46,791 bases of DNA. It comes from an uncultured bacterium. Lineage in GTDB: Bacteria > SAR324 > NAC60-12. The DNA is taken from NCBI GenBank assembly GCA_965662845.1, contig CBFIJD010000022.1:3400-50190 (forward strand). Reading direction: 5' to 3'. Within the stretch, counting starts at the first letter, position 1. Each line of letters begins with the position of its first letter. The notes beneath the pieces are model-generated. The model saw only the letters and a list, made by a program, of their open reading frames with translations. It did no database searches and was not told where the DNA came from. Shown in pieces: positions 10,056 to 18,788 of this stretch. Made by a program: the position numbers and the translations under genes.

Positions 10056-11759
10056 TCAGAAGAGTTCGATATCGTCATCAATCACAGCGGGCGAGGCGGC
10101 TTCTGTGTGGAGGGGTTCCTTTCCTAGAATCCGCTGATAGGTCGGTTCCCAGCCGTTTTCAAGGTAGTGCTGATGTATCAGCCGCTCCGGCTCTTGGGAA
10201 TAACTCTGGAAGATGTGCTGCAAGGCCGCCCCGCCATCGGAGTCTGCGCTCGGTGATAGCGGCGGAAAAATCTTCAGGAACTGGCGGGTTTGCTCCAACT
10301 CTGTGTAGATCGTCGGGGCGAACGAGAGGTCTTGCAGCAAGAAGTTCAGATTTAGGCTGAGCGTCTCGACGGAAGCGGCCACTTCCGAGGTTTGCTCTAA
10401 AATTTCTGACGCTGATTGCTGGAAGCGTTCAATTGTGTTGTAGAGGTGATGACGCAGGCGCTCGCCCGTCTTTAGCTCAGCGGCGACTTGTTGGTGCAGC
10501 TGCTCCTGCATTGTCCGAATGGCGCGCAGGTAGATTTCAATCTCATTGATGCCCTGTAGCAGCGTGGGCTGACTATTCTCAGCCGCTTGCGAGAACTCAT
10601 GCAACAGCGTGACTTCAGGAGCGCGCTCGTTGCGGATGCTGCCTGCGTAGACTCTTGCGTTGAAGGCCAGCTCTTGCAGCTGCTGCATCATGGAGCGCAG
10701 GTGCTGCAGCTGCTGCGAGACGTCGTCACCAATCTTTTGGAGGTCTTCCAGCAAGGTCAACCGCTGGCGCGTGTGATCGGCTTGTAGAGCGACACGCTGT
10801 AGCAAAAACTCCATGTCCCGCGTTCCCATTTCAGAGAGGCGCCGCAGGGTGGGTTCCAGATGCAAAATCGCTTGCGTGTGGCGGTATTGTTCTTGGGCGT
10901 GCCTAGCCAAGGCGCCGAACTGCTGGCTGATATCTCCGTGAACCGTCTCGGTTTGCTGATGTGCGTGCAACAGGTGAAGCTGAAGCAGCTCGCGGACTGC
11001 GTTGTGCTTCAGAGAGCCCGGACACTGGAACGCGTCGCCAACATGCTCGATTTGCTGACGCACAATGTCATGAAACTGCAAACTCACGACCGCTTTCGCG
11101 AGCGAGCGGGTGATCGAATGTCCGTTTTCTTGGATGCTCTGGGTATGCTCCCGCAGCTGGGCGTGAACATGCACCATGTTGCGGAAGTTGCCCAACAGCT
11201 GCTGCTGCACGTCTAGCAAGTGCAAGTCAGGGTGCGACTGTTCAATATCCCGTGTGATCAGCTGAAAGAGCTGTTGCACATACATTTCGCTGGTGCCTTG
11301 CAGCTCTTGCGACCGAATGTCCATTTCCAAACACATCACGCGGACTGTATTGGAGAAGAGAAACAGGGAGTTCTCGTTGTCTTCTCGGGTGCGGAGAAGC
11401 TCTGCCAACATCTGCATGTGTTGGGTGGCGTTGCGTAGCGAGTTTTGTAGCTCTTGCAACATGCCCGCGTGCTTCTGAAACAGCGAAAGTTGCAGCGTTT
11501 TTTGGGTCTCCCGAAACTCTTGCAACAGCTCTGAGAGCGCGCGCTGCATGTTCTCCGGCTGCCACGACGTGTTGTTGAGCAGCTCAAGGAGCTGATTGCT
11601 CAAGCTGTCGTTTTCTTGGCTCAGCTGCGTGAACTGATACAGCAGATCTCCCAGCTCTAAAAAGTCTGTTTCCGTCGTGCCAGAGAGATGCTTCAGTCGT
11701 TCTCCCAAATACATGGGCAAGCTATCTGGGGCCATCGGCGTAGGCGTCGTCGCCAGCAT
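10056..11759 (-). CDS. Soluble MCP-like chemosensory protein (X1) with a CheZ-like LQFHDIVRQQIEHV motif and C-terminal DIELF pentapeptide
   Basis: TETDFLELG near the N-terminus; LQFHDIVRQQIEHV; degenerate hairpin LQELAFNARVYAG; ends DDDIELF; no TM. Confidence 0.75.
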   Translation of the reverse strand: MLATTPTPMAPDSLPMYLGERLKHLSGTTETDFLELGDLLYQFTQLSQENDSLSNQLLELLNNTSWQPENMQRALSELLQEFRETQKTLQLSLFQKHAGMLQELQNSLRNATQHMQMLAELLRTREDNENSLFLFSNTVRVMCLEMDIRSQELQGTSEMYVQQLFQLITRDIEQSHPDLHLLDVQQQLLGNFRNMVHVHAQLREHTQSIQENGHSITRSLAKAVVSLQFHDIVRQQIEHVGDAFQCPGSLKHNAVRELLQLHLLHAHQQTETVHGDISQQFGALARHAQEQYRHTQAILHLEPTLRRLSEMGTRDMEFLLQRVALQADHTRQRLTLLEDLQKIGDDVSQQLQHLRSMMQQLQELAFNARVYAGSIRNERAPEVTLLHEFSQAAENSQPTLLQGINEIEIYLRAIRTMQEQLHQQVAAELKTGERLRHHLYNTIERFQQSASEILEQTSEVAASVETLSLNLNFLLQDLSFAPTIYTELEQTRQFLKIFPPLSPSADSDGGAALQHIFQSYSQEPERLIHQHYLENGWEPTYQRILGKEPLHTEAASPAVIDDDIELF

Positions 11760-11782
11760 ACATTCCTATTTTACTGAGAAGG

Positions 11783-12379
11783 TTAGTCCCACAAATCATC
11801 TTTGGGAGGACGTGTTTTTTGGACCGTGCGCAGTTTCCGCAAGTATGCGCGCTCGCGCTGCACAACCTCATCGCTCTGCGACTTCTGAATTTTGCGCACA
11901 AAAATTTGTTTCGACTGCGCGTCGCAATAGACCACGCGGCCATGATGACCGCCAAGGTCAGCGGCTAATACAGGAATCCCCTCGCGTTGCAAATAGTTCT
12001 TCACAAATTCCGCGTTGTTGTTCCCAACCTGCAGAATCGAGTCCGTCTCGGGAGAAGCGACAGCCAGCACGTTTCCGCCTCCAAAGATTTTGGCCTGCAG
12101 CCGAAAGCGGCTGGCGCCTGCCCGCAGCATCTCGTTGATCAACAGCTCCATCGCGTGCACACCATAGCGCGCAGAGATCTGGGTGGAGCCGCTGTCATTT
12201 GAATTGGGCTGGGCCAGCATGAAGTGATTCATCCCTGCCAAATTCGTCCGTGAATCAAACAGGCACGCGGCCACACAGGAACCCAACAACGTCGTCAAGA
12301 CGATCGGTTCGGACGTGACGACATATTCGCCAGCATAGACGCGGTGTTGACGCAGTGAGGAAATCTCTTGGGGCAGCAT
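11783..12379 (-). CDS. cheD: Chemoreceptor glutamine deamidase CheD
   Basis: GEYVVT, LTTLLGSCVAACL, AGMNHFML, RYGVHAMELLINEM, AKIFGGG, DLGG. Confidence 0.95.
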   Translation of the reverse strand: MLPQEISSLRQHRVYAGEYVVTSEPIVLTTLLGSCVAACLFDSRTNLAGMNHFMLAQPNSNDSGSTQISARYGVHAMELLINEMLRAGASRFRLQAKIFGGGNVLAVASPETDSILQVGNNNAEFVKNYLQREGIPVLAADLGGHHGRVVYCDAQSKQIFVRKIQKSQSDEVVQRERAYLRKLRTVQKTRPPKDDLWD

Positions 12380-12546
12380 AAAGACTTTGGCTACAGATTG
12401 AAGAAAACCAACTTTTTCGTAAGGAACAGAGGCTAGCGCGGTTATATTTTGTGGGATTGGGCTGCTGAGAGCCCCGCAAACTGCGTGAGCGATCTCTTAG
12501 GCTCACAGACTTCGCCTGCTGCAGAATCGAGAGCACGCTCCAAGCC

Positions 12547-13386
12547 TCAAATGCGCTGATAGACCGACTGCGCAATGCTCTTCACAGGCAGCGACATTCC
12601 GTGCGTTGTCTCCGAGTGCCCAACTATCAAATACCCGCCAGACGCCAAACAATCACAACACGCTTGCAACACCCGCTGTTGGTTCGCGCGACTGAAATAA
12701 ATCAGCACGTTGCGCAGGAAAATCATCTGAAACTTCCACGACACCGGATAAGGTGGGTGCATCAGATTGAGCTGGAAGTAGTGCGTGCGCGACCGCAGCT
12801 CGGGCACCACCCGAACGCGAGGCTGCCCATCTCGGCTGCGCATCAGATAGTTTCGACGCCAGTCCATGGGCAGGTGCCTCACGTGCTCTGTGGAGTAAAT
12901 TCCGCGTCGCGCAATCTCTAAGACGCCTGTGGAGACATCGGAGCCATACACCTCAAATTGAAAGTGCTCCCCGTGCCGTTGGTAATCACTTAACAACATC
13001 CCGATGGTGTAGACCTCTTCTCCAGAAGAGCAGGCTGCGCTCCAAACCCGAAACGTCTCACCCACCTCCCACTGCCACGCCGGCAACAATTGATCGCGCA
13101 GCAGCTCAAAGTGCCGCTTTTCTCGCAAAAACTCCGTTTTGTGCGTCGTGACCAAATCCACAAACTGCGGGAGCTCGGTGTCGTCGTTGGCGGGGCGGCT
13201 GAACAGATAGTCAACGTAGTCCCGAAAATCAGACATCCCCAGTTGGCGCAACCGTTTGTGCAGCCGAGCTTCGAGCATCTGTCGCTTCACCGGCGGCATC
13301 TTCACGCCCAAGTGGCGCTCAATCCAAGCAGAGAGTTGCTCAAATTCGCGATTGTTCAGCGTACGAGAAGCGGGGGCTGGCGTCAT
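12547..13386 (-). CDS. cheR: Chemotaxis methyltransferase CheR
   Basis: VTTHKTEFLRE, RVWSAACSSGEEVYT, GSDVS, IFLRNVLIYF, GYLIVGHSE; start trimmed to ATG 13386. Confidence 0.95.
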   Translation of the reverse strand: MTPAPASRTLNNREFEQLSAWIERHLGVKMPPVKRQMLEARLHKRLRQLGMSDFRDYVDYLFSRPANDDTELPQFVDLVTTHKTEFLREKRHFELLRDQLLPAWQWEVGETFRVWSAACSSGEEVYTIGMLLSDYQRHGEHFQFEVYGSDVSTGVLEIARRGIYSTEHVRHLPMDWRRNYLMRSRDGQPRVRVVPELRSRTHYFQLNLMHPPYPVSWKFQMIFLRNVLIYFSRANQQRVLQACCDCLASGGYLIVGHSETTHGMSLPVKSIAQSVYQRI

Positions 13387-13734
13387 AAGTGTTAGGGAAA
13401 AGCAACGTTCAAGTGTTCGTCTGCAAAAGTGTGACAAAGTCTCCAGAGGGCCGCAAGTGGCGTGAGCGGCGACGCAGCGTTGTTCTCTTGCCAAAGCAGG
13501 GCTGGTGGGGTCGCAGGGGGATCTCCTCTCCCTTCAAAAAAGATCGAATCCACACTTTTCTCACAGGAGCTTCACAGCTGACGCCTCCGCAACATGACAC
13601 AACTACGAAAGAAAAAACGGATTTTTTATGAATTTGTTATGAAAAAAGAGAGGGGGCTGCTCACGCGCCATCACGCTCCTTACGTCACTTGCAGGCTCTT
13701 GGGTAACGCAAGTTCCTCAGCAGCCTCGTCTGGT

Positions 13735-14706
13735 TTAGGTCAGCGTCAACGCTTCCTGGGGTGAGGGGCTTCCACCCAAAACGTAGCCTTGGCCGCGCGG
13801 GCCAAACCGCTTCGGCAGCTCGATCGCTACAAAATCAATGAAGCTGCGCACCGCGGAAGGCAAGGATTTTGGGTTGGTGTAGAGCAAGTGCACCAGGTGC
13901 TCGCGCCCGTTCCAGTGAGGCAGCAGCCGCATGAGGCGCCCTGCGCGTAGCTCATTTTGAACCAAGGGCAACGGCAGCAACGCGACACCGGCTCCTGCCA
14001 AGCACAGCTCTGCGAGGTTCACATATTCATTGCAGAAGAGGCGAGGCGTCACAGTGAACGGTTGCAGGTCGCTGCCTTCCTCGCGCAGCCACCACTGCTC
14101 GGTCCCTTCGCGCGTTTGGCGCTGGAGCCCAATGGTTGGCCACGCGCTCAACTCTTGCGGGTGACGCGGGGGCAACTGAATCGGAAACAGCGACGGCGCC
14201 GCGACGACCACCATGCGGACCTTCAACAGCGTCTGCGCGAACACATCCGCGGTGTCTTCTAGCTGCTCGCGCGCTCGCAGGACTACGTCCACGTTCTCTT
14301 CCAGCAACGACACGCGCCGGTCTGTGACCTCCACTTCCAACTGAATCAGCGGGAAGGTCTCCACAAAACTCGGCAAGATCGGCCCCAGATAGCTGCGCAT
14401 CAACCCAATCGGGCAGGTCACCTTCACGGAGCCAGAGGGTTCGACTTTCAGCTCTTCCATTTGCTGAAAGGCTTGCTCTGACTCCGCCAGCACTCGCTGA
14501 CATTGGGCATAGAACACTTCTCCTGCCCGCGTGAGCGAGAGCTGGCGCGTGGAACGCTTGAGGAGCTGCATTCCGAGGTGCTGTTCTAAATGTGCGACGT
14601 GACGGCTGAGCTTCGTCTTCTGGAGACCCGTCGCCCGTGCTGCTGCCGAGAAGCCGTGGTGCTCCACCACTAGCGCAAAGAAATAGAGATCGTTCAGGTT
14701 GTGCAT
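13735..14706 (-). CDS. LysR-family transcriptional regulator (CrgA/DmlR-like)
   Basis: True start MHNLNDLYFFALVVEHHGFSAAARATG at 14706; LLKRSTRQLSLT; substrate-binding domain with DVVLR. The 678-aa ORF in the track is over-extended. Confidence 0.93.
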   Translation of the reverse strand: MHNLNDLYFFALVVEHHGFSAAARATGLQKTKLSRHVAHLEQHLGMQLLKRSTRQLSLTRAGEVFYAQCQRVLAESEQAFQQMEELKVEPSGSVKVTCPIGLMRSYLGPILPSFVETFPLIQLEVEVTDRRVSLLEENVDVVLRAREQLEDTADVFAQTLLKVRMVVVAAPSLFPIQLPPRHPQELSAWPTIGLQRQTREGTEQWWLREEGSDLQPFTVTPRLFCNEYVNLAELCLAGAGVALLPLPLVQNELRAGRLMRLLPHWNGREHLVHLLYTNPKSLPSAVRSFIDFVAIELPKRFGPRGQGYVLGGSPSPQEALTLT

Positions 14707-14747
14707 AGACTCTCGAGAATAAGTCCACCAAGGGATCACAACAGATT

Positions 14748-14763
14748 GTGCTAAAAATAGAAC
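14748..14763. promoter_or_regulatory. Candidate LysR recognition box (T-N11-A within an imperfect dyad)
   Basis: GTGCTA-AAAA-TAGAAC is a dyad with one mismatch and contains TGCTAAAAATAGA; it lies in the divergent lysR/nmrA intergenic region. Confidence 0.45.
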
Positions 14764-14910
14764 GCTGAGTCTCAATTTCGGTATCTTCTCATCTGCATCA
14801 ATTCCTTCCAGACTATTTTTCATTGCTCGCCCACCAAGAGCGATGCACTCACAGACGACAGCGTACGCATGTCGCTCTAATTTTGAAAAAAATTTACTGG
14901 AGAGATTCCG

Positions 14911-15867
14911 ATGAGCGAGAAGAAGATTATTGCCGTGTTGGGAGCGACCGGCGCACAGGGCGGGGGACTCTGTCGATCCATCTTGAGCGAAGGCGCTGGG
15001 GAATTTCAGGTGCGAGCGATCACCCGTGACCCATCCAAAGCGTCTGCGCAAGCCTTGGCGAGCATGGGAGCCGAAGTCGTCGCCGCTGATTTGGATCAGG
15101 TTGATACGGTTGTGCAAGCCTTCCAAGGAGCACACGGGGTGTTCGGGGTGACCAACTTTTGGGAGCATCAATCCGCCCCCCGCGAGAAGCATCAGGCGGC
15201 AGCGATCGCGATCGCCGCCCAAGCCGCTGACGTCAAGCACATTGTTTGGTCTACCTTGGAAGACACGCGCGACTACATCATGAGCGAAGACACCAGTTTG
15301 CCCTTCCTGCAAGGCAAGTATCGAGTGCCGCACCTTGACTGCAAAAATGAGACGAATGCTTACTTTGAGAAGCTCCCGACGACCTATCTGGTCACTTCCT
15401 TCTTCTGGGAAAATATTTACAATTTTGGGTTCTGTCCGAAAAAGAACGAGCACGGCGAGTGGGTGTGGACGATGCCCTTTCATCCACACACGAAATTGGC
15501 AGGCATGGCCACCAAAGACATCGGCATTGGAGCCCACCAAATCTTCAAACAGGGAGAGAGCCTCGTGGGCCGCACCGTGGGTGTTGTGAATGAGTCGCCG
15601 ACCTTGCAGGAGATGAACGACATCTTCGCGGAGCACTTCAACCTGAAGGTGACCTATAACGGGATTGAGCCTGAGACCTTCCGCTCGTTTGGCTTCCCGG
15701 GTGCAGACGAGCTTGGCAACAACTTCCAATACTTTCGTGACTGCAACGAAGCCTTCCTGAGCTTCCGTCAAGAGAAGAACTCTCGCATGCTAAACCCCAA
15801 CCCACAGTCTTTCCGAGAATTCGTGGCCGAACATAGCGACAAAATCCTTCAGGCGATGAACAGCTAA
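14911..15867 (+). CDS. NmrA/HSCARG-family NAD(P)-binding protein
   Basis: IAVLGATGAQGG, VRAITRDP, GVTNFWE, VWSTLEDTR, VPHLDCK, FGFPGADELGN. Confidence 0.92.
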   Translation: MSEKKIIAVLGATGAQGGGLCRSILSEGAGEFQVRAITRDPSKASAQALASMGAEVVAADLDQVDTVVQAFQGAHGVFGVTNFWEHQSAPREKHQAAAIAIAAQAADVKHIVWSTLEDTRDYIMSEDTSLPFLQGKYRVPHLDCKNETNAYFEKLPTTYLVTSFFWENIYNFGFCPKKNEHGEWVWTMPFHPHTKLAGMATKDIGIGAHQIFKQGESLVGRTVGVVNESPTLQEMNDIFAEHFNLKVTYNGIEPETFRSFGFPGADELGNNFQYFRDCNEAFLSFRQEKNSRMLNPNPQSFREFVAEHSDKILQAMNS

Positions 15868-15890
15868 ATTTCTCCAGTGCCCCAAGTGAA

Positions 15891-15979
15891 CCTGAGCCCG
15901 CGTGCACATGCGGCGCGGCGACGCGGAAGCCTGACTCGGAGGCCCCGAACCCCTGAGCCCGCGTGCACATGCGGCGCGG
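15891..15979. repeat. Two exact 28-bp direct repeats (CCTGAGCCCGCGTGCACATGCGGCGCGG) separated by a 33-bp spacer
   Basis: Copies at 15891-15918 and 15952-15979 (period 61); each has an internal dyad CCGCGTG-CA-CATGCGG. Confidence 0.9.
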
Positions 15980-16019
15980 ACTCGCCACCCACTCATCCTG
16001 TATCCCAAAGGACTCCAAG

Positions 16020-16664
16020 ATGTCTCAAACTCCTGACACCCGCGACATGACCTTTGTGCACAACGTCTTCCGAGAAGCAGTGCAACAGCGCGACGCATAT
16101 CTGGGCACTCTCGCTGGCGACAACACCGAGCGAGCCCAAGCCGTCGGGCTTTATTACGACACGATCTTACAGTTCATCCAGAGTCACCACGCAGCGGAAG
16201 ACACGTCGCTGTGGCCGCGCCTGCTCGAACGCGCTCCTGAGCACGAAGCGACCATCCGGCACGGCATGAACCAGCACGCCGCGCTACACGCTCAGCTCGA
16301 CGCAGCCCAAGCGGCCCTCGCAGCCTGGCGCGGCGCGACAACGGACGCCAACCGTGAAGCCTTGGTCGCGGCTCTGGCAGACATGGAGAGCGTCATGATC
16401 GAGCACCTGAACGACGAAGAGCAGAACGTCGTGCCCATCTGCGCACAACACCTCAGCGTCGAAGAGTGGGGCGAGCTGCCTGTTGGCACACTCACTGCGC
16501 TGCAAGGAGCCAACCTGATGATTTGCATCGGGCTCGTCCGCGACGCCTTTGACGACACGCTCCGCGAGCAGATGGACGCGCACATGCCTCCACCGCTCAA
16601 AGAGGCTTGGCTCAACGAGGGCCAACCCCTGTATCAATCCACCATGCAGCAGGTGCGGAGCTAA
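16020..16664 (+). CDS. Hemerythrin-like (HHE cation-binding) domain protein
   Basis: VHNVFR, SHHAAED, NQHAAL and EHLNDEE give the H/HxxxE/H/HxxxE ligand set; start MSQTPDTRDM follows AAGGA. Confidence 0.88.
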   Translation: MSQTPDTRDMTFVHNVFREAVQQRDAYLGTLAGDNTERAQAVGLYYDTILQFIQSHHAAEDTSLWPRLLERAPEHEATIRHGMNQHAALHAQLDAAQAALAAWRGATTDANREALVAALADMESVMIEHLNDEEQNVVPICAQHLSVEEWGELPVGTLTALQGANLMICIGLVRDAFDDTLREQMDAHMPPPLKEAWLNEGQPLYQSTMQQVRS

Positions 16665-16748
16665 GCGCCTGCGTTCCCCGGCGGTCGCGTGTTTGGTGAC
16701 CGTCGACTCCTGCTCGTTCTCTATCGAGCCCCTTTTTGAGAGAAAGCG

Positions 16749-17582
16749 ATGTCTGCTCAAATCCACACCTTTGCTCGCGAGTTTGTAGGCGACCTGCTGA
16801 CCTTCTCGTCGATGTCAGTAACGCGCATTGACCAGCTTGACCCGTTCTTGCTGCTCAACCACCACGGCCCCCAGCGCTACAAGCCCAACAACACGGGGAT
16901 GCCATTTGGGCCTCATCCGCACCGAGGCATCGAGACGGTCACCTTCATTGTGAAGGGCGACGTGCAGCATCAGGACTCGACTGGAGGCGACAGCGTGATC
17001 GGCGCAGGCGGTGTGCAGTGGATGACAGCGGGGCGGGGCATTGTGCACTCTGAGAACAACTCGGCGGACTTTAAGCAAAACGGCGGCGAGCTTGAAGTGC
17101 TGCAACTGTGGCTGAACTTACACTCTACGCAGAAGATGTGTGAGCCCTTCTATGCGGGAAAAAACGGCGATGCGATCCCAAAAGCGGAGCCCAAAGCAGG
17201 TGTTAGGTTACAAGTAACCAGCGGGGCGTGGTCTGGTGTGGAAGGCGCGTTCTCCTCCAAGAATGACATCTCTCTCGCGGTCGCCGAGTTGAGCGCAGAC
17301 ACCACGTGGGACCTAGCCATTCCCGCCGAGCACCGCGTGCTGTGTTACGTCATCCGTGGCGAGGTGAACGTCAACGGAGCGCAGCTGCGCTCGTGCCAGC
17401 TGGCAGAGTTCCCTCTGGAGGTCACGGATTTACAGCTCCACGCTCACCAAGACTCGTTGCTGTTGCTCGGACACGGCAAACCCTTCAAGGAACGCGTCGT
17501 GGCCGCCGGACCTTTCGTCATGAACAGCGAGGGGCAAATCCGCCAAGCCTTCCTCGACTATCAAACGGGGAAGATACGCTAA
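16749..17582 (+). CDS. Pirin-family protein
   Basis: DPFLLLNH, HPHRGIETVT, QWMTAGRGIVHSE, LQLWLNL, GPFVMN. Confidence 0.95.
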   Translation: MSAQIHTFAREFVGDLLTFSSMSVTRIDQLDPFLLLNHHGPQRYKPNNTGMPFGPHPHRGIETVTFIVKGDVQHQDSTGGDSVIGAGGVQWMTAGRGIVHSENNSADFKQNGGELEVLQLWLNLHSTQKMCEPFYAGKNGDAIPKAEPKAGVRLQVTSGAWSGVEGAFSSKNDISLAVAELSADTTWDLAIPAEHRVLCYVIRGEVNVNGAQLRSCQLAEFPLEVTDLQLHAHQDSLLLLGHGKPFKERVVAAGPFVMNSEGQIRQAFLDYQTGKIR

Positions 17583-17692
17583 GCCCAGCTGTGCGCCCAG
17601 CATCTGCCTGAGGCAGGCGGCCTCGCGACGGGCAAGGCGCGCCTGTCGCCCCACATCAACGCGCTATGATTTTTTGATTGAAGAAGGCACCA

Positions 17693-17709
17693 AAAATGGA
17701 GACCATTTT
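17693..17709. promoter_or_regulatory. Perfect inverted repeat AAAATGG-AGA-CCATTTT, candidate operator of the PNPOx/GAF-cyclase genes
   Basis: 7-3-7 dyad just downstream of a -10-like TATGAT (17665-17670) and upstream of the 17736 ORF. Confidence 0.4.
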
Positions 17710-17735
17710 CTAAGAACGCTCTTTCATCTCTTGGC

Positions 17736-18245
17736 ATGCGCTCTCCAATGCCCACGCCGGCAACCTCCACCTTCAAACAAATCATGCAACTATCCGAAGC
17801 GTGTCAAAACGTGCTCCAGTCTGGCTTCCAACGGCTTGGCTCCGCCAACGCAAAGCTCAAGCCCTCGCACTGCTGGGCGTTTGGCAACACGTATCACCCT
17901 GACAGCGGCTCCGTGCGCGTCTTCGTTGAGCGACAAATGAGCACGGACGTCCTGCGAGACTGTGAAGACACCAAAAAAGCAGCGCTCTACGTGAGCCTCT
18001 TCACCCACGAAGCCTACCAAATCAAAGGTATGGTCACCGAAATCAGCCCCCTCAGCGAAGCAGAAGTCGAACAGGCAAAAGCGCTGGGGCAGGACTTCAT
18101 GAGCGGAATCGAGCGTATGTTTGGACAACCTCCCGAAGTCTCCGGCAAACTGTTCGGTATCGTCCCTGATACAGGAGTGACAATCCAAATTGAGAAGGTC
18201 TTCAATCAAACCCCCGGCCCCAACGCCGGCCAACCTGTGTCGTGA
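17736..18245 (+). CDS. PNPOx-like (FMN-binding split-barrel) protein A with C-terminal FNQTPGPNAG motif
   Basis: Pattern LKPSHCWAFG...VRVFV...THEAYQIKG...VFNQTPGPNAG, recalled from a pyridoxamine 5'-phosphate oxidase-like family; the true start may be ATG 17784. Confidence 0.7.
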   Translation: MRSPMPTPATSTFKQIMQLSEACQNVLQSGFQRLGSANAKLKPSHCWAFGNTYHPDSGSVRVFVERQMSTDVLRDCEDTKKAALYVSLFTHEAYQIKGMVTEISPLSEAEVEQAKALGQDFMSGIERMFGQPPEVSGKLFGIVPDTGVTIQIEKVFNQTPGPNAGQPVS

Positions 18246-18256
18246 AAGGAGAGGAG

Positions 18257-18652
18257 ATGTCGCTCATAACGGATGATTTGATGCCCGCGCTCCAAGGAAT
18301 TGTGCCCTCCGTCGTCACGACTTGTTCCCTCGAAGGCGAACCGAACACAACCGTGATCTCACAGGTGTGGTATGTGGACGCAGAGCACGTCGCGCTTTCC
18401 TATCAGTTCTTCAACAAAACCCGCCGCAACATCTCTGAGAACGCGCAAGCCGCCGCGATGATCTTCAACCCAGAAAATTGGACGGCGTATAACCTCGACC
18501 TGACCTATGTGCGCACAGAGAAGGAAGGCGACTTGTTTGACGAGATGGAGATGAAACTGGAAGCGATTGCCTCAATGGTCGGCATGGCAGGCGTGTTTGA
18601 GCTGCAAGGTGCCGACATCTACCGCGTAGAATCCGTCAAACAAATGAACTAG
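18257..18652 (+). CDS. PNPOx-like (split-barrel) protein B
   Basis: QGIVPSVVTTCSLEGEPN, SQVWYVDAEHVALSYQFFNKTRRNISEN, MKLEAIASMVGMAGVFELQGADIYRV; ATG 18257 follows RBS GAGGAG. Confidence 0.82.
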   Translation: MSLITDDLMPALQGIVPSVVTTCSLEGEPNTTVISQVWYVDAEHVALSYQFFNKTRRNISENAQAAAMIFNPENWTAYNLDLTYVRTEKEGDLFDEMEMKLEAIASMVGMAGVFELQGADIYRVESVKQMN

Positions 18653-18788
18653 AGACCCAACGCTCCACAAACCGCTCGCTCTGCCTTCTCTTCGCGAGAG
18701 AGGGCTCCCACCGAACCACAGCCTCTGACAGAGCGCAGCACGGACTCTCCCCCGATGCTCTGTAAAACCCTCAACTCTCAGCCTCGCT

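Noticed and set aside
13387..13734. c-di-GMP riboswitch or sigma54 promoter ahead of cheR
   Set aside because: No GEMM-like consensus and no correctly spaced TGGCA-N7-TTGC were found.
13735..15771. 678-aa ORF suggesting a giant LysR fusion
   Set aside because: The extra N-terminal 355 aa are largely the antisense shadow of nmrA plus intergenic DNA; the LysR HTH starts at 14706.
15963..16019. Longer hemerythrin start given in the ORF track
   Set aside because: It starts inside the direct repeat; ATG 16020 has an RBS and matches the family N-terminus.
18653..18788. PNPOx-B and the GAF-cyclase as one gene broken by an error or read-through
   Set aside because: They are in different frames, 136 nt apart, with a hairpin between them and a plausible independent start.
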